A stretch of 64,000 nucleotides of DNA. Origin: an uncultured Gammaproteobacteria bacterium (GTDB lineage: Bacteria; Patescibacteriota; Microgenomatia; 0-14-0-10-38-17). The stretch covers positions 312,002 through 376,001 of the forward strand of contig CAYGEH010000001.1 in the NCBI GenBank assembly GCA_964348895.1, read 5' to 3'. This document shows, piece by piece, positions 28,078 through 37,252 of this stretch (position 1 is the first letter of the stretch; each line of letters begins with the position of its first letter). The position numbers and the translations under genes were made by a program. The notes under the pieces are model-generated. The model did no database searches. It had not been told where the DNA came from and saw nothing but the letters and a program-made list of their open reading frames with translations.

Positions 28078-29520
28078 GTTAGAAAAAGAAGGGTTTGGCT
28101 CGCCCTCTACGAGGGCTCGCCAGCCGATTTTAGGCGCAAAATTGAATTTTTTGTCTTTCAAAATAAAGTTCGAGCCGACATTTTTTAGAAATTGACGGAT
28201 TTCCGTTTTGTCGCTTTGCGACAAAAGAATTTTGGCTTGGCTACTCTGTAAAATCATTTCTTTCATCGGTTCGAGCCAATTATTTCCCGCTTGTTCAAAA
28301 TCTCTGATTTTCTGCTCAATTTCCAGTTTTTCGTTGAGCAGTTTTTGTTTCTTGGCTTGATATTCTTCAAGCGTCAAAGCCCCGCCAGTAATGTAGAGGT
28401 CTAACAATTTTTCAATTTTCTGCTCGGCTTCCGTTTTTTGCCGGTGGAGATTTTGAACAAAAATTCTACTTTCATTTTTGGCTTGTTTTTTTTCTTTGTC
28501 TAACTCGGCAAGCATATTTTTAGCCCACTTGTACGGCAAAGAAACTTTTTGAATAAAATCTCTCATCTGTTCAACAAGATTTTCCTCTCGCAGATATTTT
28601 TCATTACAAGTTTGCTTTTTCTTGGTGCACCGATAATAGTTATGTCCTTTTTGAGTTTCGGCAGTAATGAAGCAACCGCAAGACCCGCAACGCATTAAAC
28701 CGGAAAAAGCAAACTCGTGCTTTCGTTTCCTCTTTTTCTTGCCCCGGTTATTCATTACTTGTTGAACAGAATCAAAAAGTTTCTTGGAAATAATTGGCTC
28801 GTGGATTCCCTGATAAATTTCACCGTTGAATTTGAAAACGCCGTAGTAAAAAGGATTTTTTAACATTCGCTGGACACAAGAACAGGAAAGAACATTGCCT
28901 TTATAGCTGTCTATTTCAGTATCAGCCAAAAACTGCTTTATGGCCTTTAGCGTATATTCGCCGGTGGCATAAAGTTCAAAACATTTTCTAATTAACGGTG
29001 CTTTTTCTTTGTCAGTATCAATAGCTTTCGTCTTATGATTATTGAGATAGCCAAGCGGCGCAAAGCCAGGCCAAATTCCTTTTCGCAGTTTTTGGCGGTG
29101 TCCTCGTTTGATATTTTCAGAAAGGTTATCAATGTAGTATTTACTTTGGCCAAAGGCAATGTTCATCATGAATTTTCCTTGCGGTGTGCTATCAAACCAA
29201 AATGTCGGGAATTTCAAATCCTTAATCTTTCCTGTGTCCAGCAGGTAAATAATCTTTCCGCCATCAATAGAATTTCTCGCCAATCTGTCTGGATGCCAAG
29301 CCAAAATTCCGCTGGCTTCGCCAGCGCAAATCCGATCAAGCATTTCTCCGAAAATTTTTCGGCCAGGTTCTTTGGCGGTTTGCGCCTCGCATAGCGAGGC
29401 GACGATTTCAAGTTTTTCTTTGGCGGCAAATTCTTTTAATTCAGAAAGCTGGGATTCAATACTTAAAATTTGACGTTCCTCGCTGTCCGTTGATTTTCGG
29501 GTGTAAATAAAATACTTCAT
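28024..29520 (-). CDS. large serine recombinase (resolvase/invertase catalytic domain + recombinase/zinc-ribbon + coiled-coil)
   Basis: N-terminus MKYFIYTRKSTDSEERQ (catalytic Ser motif YxRxST), CxxC...C..C zinc-ribbon region (CGSCGCF...YYRC), long coiled-coil tail; last ~50 codons translate IR-A and the tRNA-Ser 3' half (…WRRRWDSNPREPYGSQV). Confidence 0.85.
   Translation of the reverse strand: MKYFIYTRKSTDSEERQILSIESQLSELKEFAAKEKLEIVASLCEAQTAKEPGRKIFGEMLDRICAGEASGILAWHPDRLARNSIDGGKIIYLLDTGKIKDLKFPTFWFDSTPQGKFMMNIAFGQSKYYIDNLSENIKRGHRQKLRKGIWPGFAPLGYLNNHKTKAIDTDKEKAPLIRKCFELYATGEYTLKAIKQFLADTEIDSYKGNVLSCSCVQRMLKNPFYYGVFKFNGEIYQGIHEPIISKKLFDSVQQVMNNRGKKKRKRKHEFAFSGLMRCGSCGCFITAETQKGHNYYRCTKKKQTCNEKYLREENLVEQMRDFIQKVSLPYKWAKNMLAELDKEKKQAKNESRIFVQNLHRQKTEAEQKIEKLLDLYITGGALTLEEYQAKKQKLLNEKLEIEQKIRDFEQAGNNWLEPMKEMILQSSQAKILLSQSDKTEIRQFLKNVGSNFILKDKKFNFAPKIGWRALVEGEPNPSFSNWRRRWDSNPREPYGSQV
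28072..28158. repeat. IR-A left copy (87 bp), begins inside the tRNA-Ser(GCT) 3' end (CCGCCAGTT...)
   Basis: Reverse complement matches 29578-29664 with 1 mismatch. Confidence 0.8.
28159..28186. repeat. IR-C left copy (28 bp), contiguous with IR-A
   Basis: CAAAATAAAGTTCGAGCCGACATTTTTT; perfect reverse-complement copy at 29793-29820. Confidence 0.75.
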
Positions 29521-29577
29521 AATTCTAAAAGATTAAAATTCAGAAAAGCCCGTTTCTGGCGTTTTGCTTCGCAAAAC

Positions 29578-29664
29578 AAAGACAAAAAATTCAATTTTGC
29601 GTCTAAAATCGGCTGGCGAGCCCTCGTAGAGGGCGAGCCAAACCCTTCTTTTTCTAACTGGCGG
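29578..29664. repeat. IR-A right copy (inverted), 47 bp upstream of recombinase start
   Basis: Reverse complement of 28072-28158 (1 mismatch); preceded by perfect hairpin GTTTTGCTTCGCAAAAC at 29561-29577. Confidence 0.8.
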
Positions 29665-29770
29665 TGTGTATTTGAAAAAATCCGAACTGATTTTGCGACC
29701 GATTGGCTCGGCGGGCGGAATTCCCCCCGAACCCCCTTTCCGCCCGCCTCGCCTTGAAGCGGAAGCGAAA
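29661..29770. repeat. IR-B left copy (110 bp) containing GC-rich hairpin GGCGGGCGGAA...TTCCGCCCGCC
   Basis: Reverse complement matches 30975-31084 with 1 mismatch; overlaps end of IR-A by 4 nt. Confidence 0.8.
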
Positions 29771-29792
29771 AGGCAAACCGCCAAAGAACCTG

Positions 29793-29820
29793 AAAAAATG
29801 TCGGCTCGAACTTTATTTTG
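29793..29820. repeat. IR-C right copy (inverted)
   Basis: Perfect reverse complement of 28159-28186. Confidence 0.75.
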
Positions 29821-29929
29821 GCCAGAAGCGGGCTTTTCGAATTTTTATTGATTAAATCCATTTTATTTGGTAGTATTACATTAGGGATAAAGTTCTTATA
29901 TACTACAATACTATCAAAACTTTATTTAT

Positions 29930-30136
29930 ATGACAAGTGGAGAAATAATCAGCGAAAATATTAAACGATTACGCAGTAAACTTGGCTTAACCCAAGACGA
30001 CTTAGCCAAGAAGGCGGATATTAAATACACAACGCTTATGAAAGTCGAAAGCGGTGCTGTAAATAAGCCAAGCGTTCAAACTATGGCGAAAATCGCCAAA
30101 GCGCTTGGTGTTTCAATAGAAGATTTAATAAAGTAA
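29930..30136 (+). CDS. XRE-family helix-turn-helix transcriptional regulator (68 aa)
   Basis: IKRLRSKLGLTQDDLAKKADIKYTTLMKVESG classic XRE HTH; 9 bp before the next gene. Confidence 0.8.
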   Translation: MTSGEIISENIKRLRSKLGLTQDDLAKKADIKYTTLMKVESGAVNKPSVQTMAKIAKALGVSIEDLIK

Positions 30137-30145
30137 AATAAACTT

Positions 30146-30910
30146 ATGAACAAAAAAATTCTTTGGATAATCACAGTTATAATTATTCTCATCAGCGCGG
30201 GTGTATATTTTGTGTTGAACCAGCAACAATCATCGCCGTCGCAGATGATTACTAATTTTGAGGAGTGCGCCCGAGCTGGTTATCCGGTTGGGGAATCATA
30301 CCCAAGACAATGTTGGACACCCGATGGCGGACATTTTGTAGAAGAAATAAAAATTGAACAAATAAAAGAAAAATATACGTCTGAATTGATGGCTATTCCC
30401 GGCGTGGTCGGCGTTGGCATTGGTGAATGTGAAGGCAATCCTTGTATCAAGGTGTTTTTAGAAAACGATTCATCGGACTTGAAAGCGAAAATACCAGCCC
30501 AACTTGACGGATTCAAGGTAGATATCGAAGTAACCGGACCTATTGAAGCGTTAGGTCAAGTAACCATTGTAAGTATGGCGCCCTTATCCGGCTCTTTAGG
30601 AGAAGGAGTTACTATCTACGGCTCAGGTTTTACTCCAAACAATAACGATATTGCTTTTACTAGTGACAAGATAAAGTTCCGAGGAAGAAATACCGCTTAT
30701 TTAAATGGCATTGTTTCTCCAGATGGCAAAACATTGCGCTTTAATCTTCCGGATAACAATAATGTACTGCTTGGCGCCTGCGCATTCTCGCAAATGAAAG
30801 CAAACGAAGCATGTCCAGATATTGGGATAGAATTACCAACAGGCAGTGTCCAAATTTCCGTTGTAAATAAGAATGGTACAAGCAATAGTGTAACCATTGT
30901 AGTAAGATGA
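30146..30910 (+). CDS. secreted/membrane-anchored protein with conserved Cys-containing N-terminal module and beta-sandwich-like C-terminus
   Basis: N-terminal signal anchor; NFEECARAGYPVGESYPRQCWTPDGGHFVEE shared with the protein at 36548-37057; C-terminal G/T/N-rich beta-strand pattern. Confidence 0.65.
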   Translation: MNKKILWIITVIIILISAGVYFVLNQQQSSPSQMITNFEECARAGYPVGESYPRQCWTPDGGHFVEEIKIEQIKEKYTSELMAIPGVVGVGIGECEGNPCIKVFLENDSSDLKAKIPAQLDGFKVDIEVTGPIEALGQVTIVSMAPLSGSLGEGVTIYGSGFTPNNNDIAFTSDKIKFRGRNTAYLNGIVSPDGKTLRFNLPDNNNVLLGACAFSQMKANEACPDIGIELPTGSVQISVVNKNGTSNSVTIVVR

Positions 30911-30974
30911 TATTAATGTAGTATTACAACGCAATAGTATGCCCGAAGTTATCTCAAAACATCCGGAGATTACA

Positions 30975-31084
30975 CTTTCGCTTCCGCTTCAAGGCGAGGC
31001 GGGCGGAAGGGGGGTTCGGGGGGAATTCCGCCCGCCGAGCCAATCGGTCGCAAAATCAGTTCGGATTTTTTCAAATACACACCG
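30975..31084. repeat. IR-B right copy (inverted)
   Basis: Reverse complement of 29661-29770 (1 mismatch). Confidence 0.8.
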
Positions 31085-31212
31085 CTAAGCCAGAAAATGT
31101 TTTTGTTGGCCTAATGCTTCTTTTGATGATTTAGTGAAAAAAACCATGGCAAATATTAAAGAGGCAAAACCAAAATAAAGAATAAACAAATTGTCTGAAT
31201 AAACAGATTCCC

Positions 31213-31695
31213 TTGCCTTGGAAAAAATTAAATCTATTAAGAACTCAGCCGATAAATAAATCTACCATGCTGTACTTTGCTTACGGATCAAACATGAATC
31301 ACACCCAAATGAATGAAAGATGCCCTGGTAGTCGATTTATTGGTCCTGCCAAATTGAGCAGTCATAAATTCGTTTATGACGGTTATTCTAAAACAAGAAA
31401 GGGTGCCGTTGCAAACATAATTAATAAAAACAATTCTAAAGATGCCGTTTGGGGTGGGTTGTTTAAGATTTCGAAAGACAACAAGAATTCTCTCGACTGT
31501 TATGAAGGCTACCCGAGAGTATATGAAAGGATGGAAGTAACCGTTCAGGACTTAAATGGCAAAATGTTTAATGCGTTAGTGTATTTGCGTAAGGGCGAGA
31601 AGGTCGGAATTCCGAGTGAAAATTATCACAAGACTGTGCTTTGTGGTGCTAGGGATTGCGGGTTGCCACAAGACTATATTGATTCGAATCTTTAA
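31213..31695 (+). CDS. gamma-glutamyl cyclotransferase (AIG2/GGCT-like) family protein
   Basis: YFAYGSNM N-terminal motif and catalytic-region E (YEGYPRVYER); true start is probably the internal Met at 31267 (MLYFAYGSNM). Confidence 0.7.
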   Translation: MPWKKLNLLRTQPINKSTMLYFAYGSNMNHTQMNERCPGSRFIGPAKLSSHKFVYDGYSKTRKGAVANIINKNNSKDAVWGGLFKISKDNKNSLDCYEGYPRVYERMEVTVQDLNGKMFNALVYLRKGEKVGIPSENYHKTVLCGARDCGLPQDYIDSNL

Positions 31696-31809
31696 TGTGA
31701 AACATTTATCTTCACAATAGTTTGGCAGAACACTAACCCTGTGGCTAAAATAACGGCTAAAACCATAAAGAAACTAGATGTTTTTATTGATGTTTTAATG
31801 AAATAGAGA

Positions 31810-32439
31810 ATGAAGAATCAGCCTAAGCTAACCACAGAAATATATGATGAGATAAGCACTGCTTATGTCGCTAAATTTAATAAGCCATCTGAGAATATAG
31901 ACGATTTTCTGAAATTGATTAGAGAGGGGGGTAAAATTTTAGATGCAGGCTGTGGCCCCGGAACAGACGCTTCTTATGTTGCTTCCAAGGGTTTTAATGT
32001 AATCGGCATTGATCTTTCGGAAAAAATGCTTGAAATAGCAAAAAGAAAAAGCCCAGGAATATGTTTTCAAAAAGCTGACATCCGTAGGCTTAATTTTAAA
32101 CCAAATATTTTTGACGGCATTATTGCTTCCTTCTCTCTCATTCATATTTTTAAGAAAGATATTAATAAAACCATTAATAATTTTTATAAGTTGCTAAAAC
32201 CTGGGGGAGTTGTTTATATCGGAATTCAAGAGGGAAAATCACAAGAAATATTTTTAGTCGAACCATTAAAGTCAGACGAAAGAATTTTTCTTAATATTAT
32301 TTCTGTCAAAGAAATAAAAGAAATTCTTATTAGAGCAAGATTTCTTGTTTTAGCTGAATTTTTAAGACCTGCAGAAAATAAAGAAGAATTTGATTTTAAA
32401 AAGTTTATTGTAATAGCAAGAAAGTCCACTTCAAATTAG
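31810..32439 (+). CDS. class I SAM-dependent methyltransferase
   Basis: Motif I ILDAGCGPGTD, motif post-I VIGIDLSEKM, motif II FDGIIASF. Confidence 0.75.
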   Translation: MKNQPKLTTEIYDEISTAYVAKFNKPSENIDDFLKLIREGGKILDAGCGPGTDASYVASKGFNVIGIDLSEKMLEIAKRKSPGICFQKADIRRLNFKPNIFDGIIASFSLIHIFKKDINKTINNFYKLLKPGGVVYIGIQEGKSQEIFLVEPLKSDERIFLNIISVKEIKEILIRARFLVLAEFLRPAENKEEFDFKKFIVIARKSTSN

Positions 32440-32649
32440 AGAAAATTTTATAGAAGCGCTTTGTGTTTCAATAAAAGGTTTAGTAAAAACAATATGGAAA
32501 AACATCTCCGCCAATTTATAAGTGATTTAAGAAATAAATAAAACTGTGTTTGTCGCAATTTCCAAATTTACAAAAAATATTTTAAAATATATAAATATAA
32601 TCACACATAAAATAATTTTATTAGAACAAAATTTTCAATAATAAAACTA

Positions 32650-33411
32650 ATGAATCCGCTAATTATAAAAATATCAACACTGGTGGCCTATGTCGTCATG
32701 GTGGCTGTTAACCATTTGGCGGTAATACTTCCCCTCGGTGGTAGAACCACGGGTACGATATCAAACAATTATCCAAACCTCTTTGCTCCAGCCGGCTATG
32801 CGTTTTCCATCTGGGGTTTGATTTATATTCTTTTGGGTGTTTACGCTGTATATCAATTACGAAGAGAGAAAGATGTATTGGTGGAAAAAATCAATCGTAT
32901 TTTCATCGTAAATACTCTTCTTAATGCTTCATGGATGTTTGCTTGGCACTATGATTTTATCTGGCTCTCTGTCGTTCTCATGATTGGACTGTTAATTACT
33001 CTTATTAAAATTGTGAATATTTTCTCTACACATATTTTTACTCCAAAAGAAAAGTTTCTGGTGCGCCTGCCCTTCAGTGTTTATTTTGGTTGGGTTACTG
33101 TTGCTACAATTGCCAACATTACCGTTTTTCTAGTTTATCTTGGCTGGAATCGATTTGGATTGCCTGAAAATGTTTGGATGGTTATGGTTCTTTTGATCGG
33201 AGCCCTAATTGGTTCGTGGCGAATGTTGCGCGATCGCTATGCTTCTTATGGGCTTGTGCTTGTTTGGGCGTATGGTGCTATTCTTGCTAGACACCTTTCG
33301 ATAAGTGGTTTTAACAGACAATATCCAAGTGTAATTTGGACTGTGGTTTTGTGTCTTTTTATATTTTTAGGAGTAATCACCTTTATAAGCATTAAGAAAA
33401 AGAATAATTAA
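32650..33411 (+). CDS. hypothetical polytopic membrane protein (possibly TspO/MBR-like, uncertain)
   Basis: 253 aa, ~7 hydrophobic helices, Trp-rich (NASWMFAWHY); family assignment not secure. Confidence 0.5.
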   Translation: MNPLIIKISTLVAYVVMVAVNHLAVILPLGGRTTGTISNNYPNLFAPAGYAFSIWGLIYILLGVYAVYQLRREKDVLVEKINRIFIVNTLLNASWMFAWHYDFIWLSVVLMIGLLITLIKIVNIFSTHIFTPKEKFLVRLPFSVYFGWVTVATIANITVFLVYLGWNRFGLPENVWMVMVLLIGALIGSWRMLRDRYASYGLVLVWAYGAILARHLSISGFNRQYPSVIWTVVLCLFIFLGVITFISIKKKNN

Positions 33412-33413
33412 TT

Positions 33414-33812
33414 ATGTTTCTTAAGCTCTGGTTTATCGCCCTGCCAGTTTTTTTTGTTATCGATATGCTTTGGCTTGGGCTAGTGGCTAAGAACTTTTAC
33501 GCTAAACAAATCGGAACACTTTTAAAGTCAAACGTTAACTGGGCGGCGGCGGTTATTTTTTACTTAATTTTTATTACTGGTCTAGTTGTTTTTGTTATTA
33601 ATCCAGCCATGGAAAAGGGATCGTGGACACACGCTCTTCTTTTTGGCGCTTTGTTTGGTTTCGTGTGTTACGCAACTTACGATCTGACAAATTTGGCACT
33701 AACAAAGGGCTGGTCAGTTTTAGTAACTGTTGTTGATTTGGCGTGGGGTGCGACTTTGGCGGCTTTGGTTTCGGTTATAACCTACTTTATCGCCACCAAA
33801 CTAGGGCTGTGA
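33414..33812 (+). CDS. hypothetical 4-TM membrane protein
   Basis: 132 aa, start 3 nt after preceding stop (operon with 32650). Confidence 0.5.
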   Translation: MFLKLWFIALPVFFVIDMLWLGLVAKNFYAKQIGTLLKSNVNWAAAVIFYLIFITGLVVFVINPAMEKGSWTHALLFGALFGFVCYATYDLTNLALTKGWSVLVTVVDLAWGATLAALVSVITYFIATKLGL

Positions 33813-33967
33813 ACTACTTCTTGATCCTTATCTTAATCTTATTTGTATATGTGTTTTTGTGGTTTAGGTTTTTAAAGAGAAAAGAGAACAGCCCGATTAA
33901 CATGATTTGGGGTCTGGGGTTTGTCTTTTTGGTGCGGATGTTTTTTTTGTTTTTTTAAAAAAGTAAT

Positions 33968-34312
33968 ATGCGTATCTGGGATATATCGCCAAAATATTTG
34001 TGCAGGAAACATTTACTCGCCGAACACCGTGAACTTCATGGTTTATGGAACATTTTAACCAAACATGAAGGTAGGGGTGGTTACTCTCGACACCCCGAGA
34101 CCCTGCGTTGGGCTGGAAAAACAAAGGCGCTTTACAAAAGGCACAAAATGCTAACAGAGGAATTTGCAAGACGGGGATATGAGCATCGTTCCCCACTTGA
34201 GGAAAAATTAGCCAAAGGCTTAATTAGTCAAAAAGCGTTTATTAATACCCTCCAAGAACAAAAAACGATTTTAAAAAATAAACCTTGTGATTGCCTGCTT
34301 CGCTTTAAATAA
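33968..34312 (+). CDS. pyrimidine-dimer DNA glycosylase-like protein (T4 endonuclease V-like family), tentative
   Basis: N-terminus MRIWDISPKYLCRKHLLAEHRELHGLW matches the conserved start of bacterial Pyr_excise/DenV-like proteins as recalled. Confidence 0.45.
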   Translation: MRIWDISPKYLCRKHLLAEHRELHGLWNILTKHEGRGGYSRHPETLRWAGKTKALYKRHKMLTEEFARRGYEHRSPLEEKLAKGLISQKAFINTLQEQKTILKNKPCDCLLRFK

Positions 34313-34488
34313 GGCAAGGAGCTGGTAATTAATAAAACTTTATTTGTATTGTGAGTGAAAATATTAAAAATATGCCCATTATTTTTGCTGAAAACTTAGA
34401 TCTAAAGCCAGAAACAAATCAAAGCCTTAAACTCTGACAGAAACATTAAAAATTGGTGTTTGAAGAGAAACTTTAATAAAATAATCAT

Positions 34489-35742
34489 ATGGAGAAACAA
34501 GCACAGACTGGGGAAACTACTTTTAGTTTCGAACAGCAAGGGGTAGCCCCAAGAGAGAGATTGCTAGAAATTAAAAATGAACTTTGGGGAATTAGTAAAA
34601 ACTCATCAAACGAACAGCGCAGCCAATTAATCGACAGAATACCCTCTGCTCTTATTTTTATGGGTGAAACACTAAAACAAGATAATTACTATCTTGAAAC
34701 CCTTAAAATAATAAACTACATGGGAACAGCCTCTTCTGTAGCAGATATCCCTGAGTTAAATCAATTAAGAAATTCATTTGTAGAGCAAAATTTGCAGGTA
34801 ATAATGCAGGGGGCGATAGAAGAAGGCATTAAGAGTGATGGCGACGATAAAAATAGAAGGGTCGCTCTTCGGTGCTTGTCTTTTACTGTTGTAAGCGGAA
34901 CCGAAAAACAGCGAACACATATTTTATCTACAATAGATTCCCACAGATTTGACTTGATTCACAGCCCTGGCGATACAGAAGTGTTTCGGTCTTATTTTGA
35001 AGTCATATTTAAACATGGATCAGTCGAACAGAAGAAAAATGCAGCAGAGCTAGTTTTGTCTTTTTACAATAATAATGAAGATTTTTCCAGAAAAGTTGCT
35101 GGTTTAAACATGATGAGACTTTATTATGACCAATTTTCTGATAAAAGTTTTCCTGCCTCCGATATAATACAATTGGACGATCCAATTTATCAACAGATTA
35201 CAGAAACACTAAAGCAATATATTCCCGACATTGATGATCTTGTCCAGAAAGTTCTTTATGGTGGCCCTGTTAGTAAAAACATTTTTGGTAATCCCGATAA
35301 TGTAGGCACAAGACTGGTAGACAACATGAATGCTGTTTTACATCTTGAACGGCAGAGGTCGGGTATTTGTCAAGTATTACGAAAGGAATTTGGCATCAGA
35401 AACTTCTTTAGATATCCCCCTGAAGTACTCATTGCCCAATATGATAATCGTAATGTTGTGACAGAAATAGGCATCGTAGCAGTAGCCCTCTATGACCACA
35501 ATGGGTATTTTTACCAAGGGTTTGTTCAAAACAAAGTGCTAAATTTATTTGCTCGACTACAAAACGAACAAACACTGGGAAAGAAATATGGCCTTATGGT
35601 TTATGAGATTGAGGATAGTCGCGAACTGGCAAGAGCCATTACTCACAGTCAGAGTAGAAAACTATTGTTTGGCATGATAATCGGTTATGGCGCGTTATGG
35701 CCAAAGAGCTCAGTTGAACTTGACGATTTCTTTTCTTTATAG
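34489..35742 (+). CDS. hypothetical protein (417 aa)
   Basis: long soluble ORF, helical-repeat-like N-half; no homology recognised. Confidence 0.5.
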   Translation: MEKQAQTGETTFSFEQQGVAPRERLLEIKNELWGISKNSSNEQRSQLIDRIPSALIFMGETLKQDNYYLETLKIINYMGTASSVADIPELNQLRNSFVEQNLQVIMQGAIEEGIKSDGDDKNRRVALRCLSFTVVSGTEKQRTHILSTIDSHRFDLIHSPGDTEVFRSYFEVIFKHGSVEQKKNAAELVLSFYNNNEDFSRKVAGLNMMRLYYDQFSDKSFPASDIIQLDDPIYQQITETLKQYIPDIDDLVQKVLYGGPVSKNIFGNPDNVGTRLVDNMNAVLHLERQRSGICQVLRKEFGIRNFFRYPPEVLIAQYDNRNVVTEIGIVAVALYDHNGYFYQGFVQNKVLNLFARLQNEQTLGKKYGLMVYEIEDSRELARAITHSQSRKLLFGMIIGYGALWPKSSVELDDFFSL

Positions 35743-36105
35743 AAAGGCTAATCGTAATAACTCCTTAATCTCAGAAGATATGGAAAATTTAATCCCCTCT
35801 GTTTCTGGAGCACTTGAAAAAGCACTTCAATTATCTTTGATTCTTGCAGTACTGGACAGGGCATAGTCCAAGAAGCCTCAAGGTTAAGCTTAAGAGTTTT
35901 GGGGCCAATTCGCCCTGATTTAATCAAGTCATATACTATAACTCACAAAAAGAAGGACTCAACATTGACGCTGAATGGATTTTAGAAGAAAAAGTAACTT
36001 ATTGTCATAGCGCTCGCGAGTTTGATTTAAAAAGTATTAACCACTAAAAAAGGCCTTGAAGACAAACTCTTGCGACTACCTTCTTAACATGCTTAAATAG
36101 TTTTT

Positions 36106-36423
36106 ATGAAAAAAATCATAACAATAATATCGATTATTGTTTTGGGCGGGGCGGGGGTTTATTTATTAACTTCTTCAAGAGAGCCCACAGTTCGACCAGA
36201 ATTAAAGTGTCAAACAGCAGAAATGACCTACTTTTACCGCCCTGAATGTTCTTGGTGTCAACAAATTAAGAGAGAAAGGGTGATAGAGAAAATAAAAGAA
36301 TTGGGAGTAGAAGTAGAAGCAAGATATTCAAGTATGGGTTCAGTGCCAAGATTTTTAATTAATGATGAGACTCATACTGGCTATAGAACCCTAGAACAAC
36401 TAAAAGAATTATTGGGTTGTTAA
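36106..36423 (+). CDS. membrane-anchored thioredoxin-fold protein
   Basis: N-terminal TM anchor followed by PECSWCQQ (CxxC) redox motif. Confidence 0.6.
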   Translation: MKKIITIISIIVLGGAGVYLLTSSREPTVRPELKCQTAEMTYFYRPECSWCQQIKRERVIEKIKELGVEVEARYSSMGSVPRFLINDETHTGYRTLEQLKELLGC

Positions 36424-36547
36424 AATTTCAATAAACAAAAACGGGCTGGTTTCGTCTTCGTGATAATAAACACTCCACAAGAAGAACTTAAAGCCAAGCG
36501 GGTATATAATAAAAGAGGCTTGGGTCTAAATTATTAAAATAAATCTT

Positions 36548-37057
36548 GTGGGTAGAAAAACTGCTTTTATCATCGTAATTGCTCTTTTCCTTTTGGGCTT
36601 GGGTGTGTATTTTATGCAAGCCCAGCAAAGACCATTATCAACACAAGCAGTAACCAACTTTAAAGAATGTGCTCAGGCTGGTTTTCCTGTGGGAGAATCT
36701 TTTCCTAGACAATGCTGGACACCAGACGGAAGGCATTTTGTTGAAGAAGTAAAACAAGAAGGGCCGTCCCCTGTTTCGGAATCAATTATGATCTCTGGAA
36801 CAATAACCTGCCTGCCAAAAATCAGTTCAGGCCCACAAACCATGGAGTGTGCCATTGGCTTAAAAGACAATGACGGCGACTATTATGGCCTAAAAAATCT
36901 CTTTAGTTTTGACCTGGAGTATAAGTTTTCTCAGCCTGGATTAAGAGTTCAGGTTTCTGGTGTTTTACTGGAGGAGGAAATGAGGGGTCCAGACGGAAAC
37001 AGATATGATATTATCGGAGTAATTGATTTGGCTTCCATAAAAGAGGCTGAAAATTAA
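36548..37057 (+). CDS. secreted/membrane-anchored protein, paralog of 30146-30910 N-terminal module
   Basis: NFKECAQAGFPVGESFPRQCWTPDGRHFVEE ~80% identical to the N-terminal module of 30146 protein; different C-terminus. Confidence 0.65.
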   Translation: MGRKTAFIIVIALFLLGLGVYFMQAQQRPLSTQAVTNFKECAQAGFPVGESFPRQCWTPDGRHFVEEVKQEGPSPVSESIMISGTITCLPKISSGPQTMECAIGLKDNDGDYYGLKNLFSFDLEYKFSQPGLRVQVSGVLLEEEMRGPDGNRYDIIGVIDLASIKEAEN

Positions 37058-37081
37058 AAAGATTAGATAGCCAAAATAAAG

Positions 37082-37165
37082 GGAAGGGTCGGATAATGGT
37101 ATTCCACCAGTCTTGAAAACTGGCGCCGCTAAAATGGCTTGTGGGTTCGAGCCCCACCCCTTCCG
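37082..37165 (+). tRNA. tRNA-Ser (anticodon TGA), type II; CCA not encoded
   Basis: GGAAGGG acceptor, anticodon loop CTTGAAA, long variable arm, GGTTCGAGCCC T-loop. Confidence 0.8.
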
Positions 37166-37175
37166 CCCTCTCTTT

Positions 37176-37249
37176 GTTCCCGTAGCTCAGCTGGATAGAG
37201 TGACGGTTTCCGGAACCGTAGGTCGCGTGTTCAAATCACGCCGGGAACG
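37176..37249 (+). tRNA. tRNA-Arg (anticodon CCG)
   Basis: GTTCCCG acceptor, anticodon loop TTCCGGA, GTGTTCAAATCAC T-arm; ends 3 nt before the Nudix ATG. Confidence 0.85.
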
Positions 37250-37252
37250 CTT

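Noticed and set aside
29517-29861. ORFs 29517-29861(-), 29533-29784(-), 29666-29851(+) and 29035-29429 overlaps
   Set aside because: They fall entirely within the inverted-repeat blocks (IR-A', IR-B, IR-C') or antisense to the recombinase. The G/R/P-rich translations are typical of GC-rich repeat read-through, not genes.
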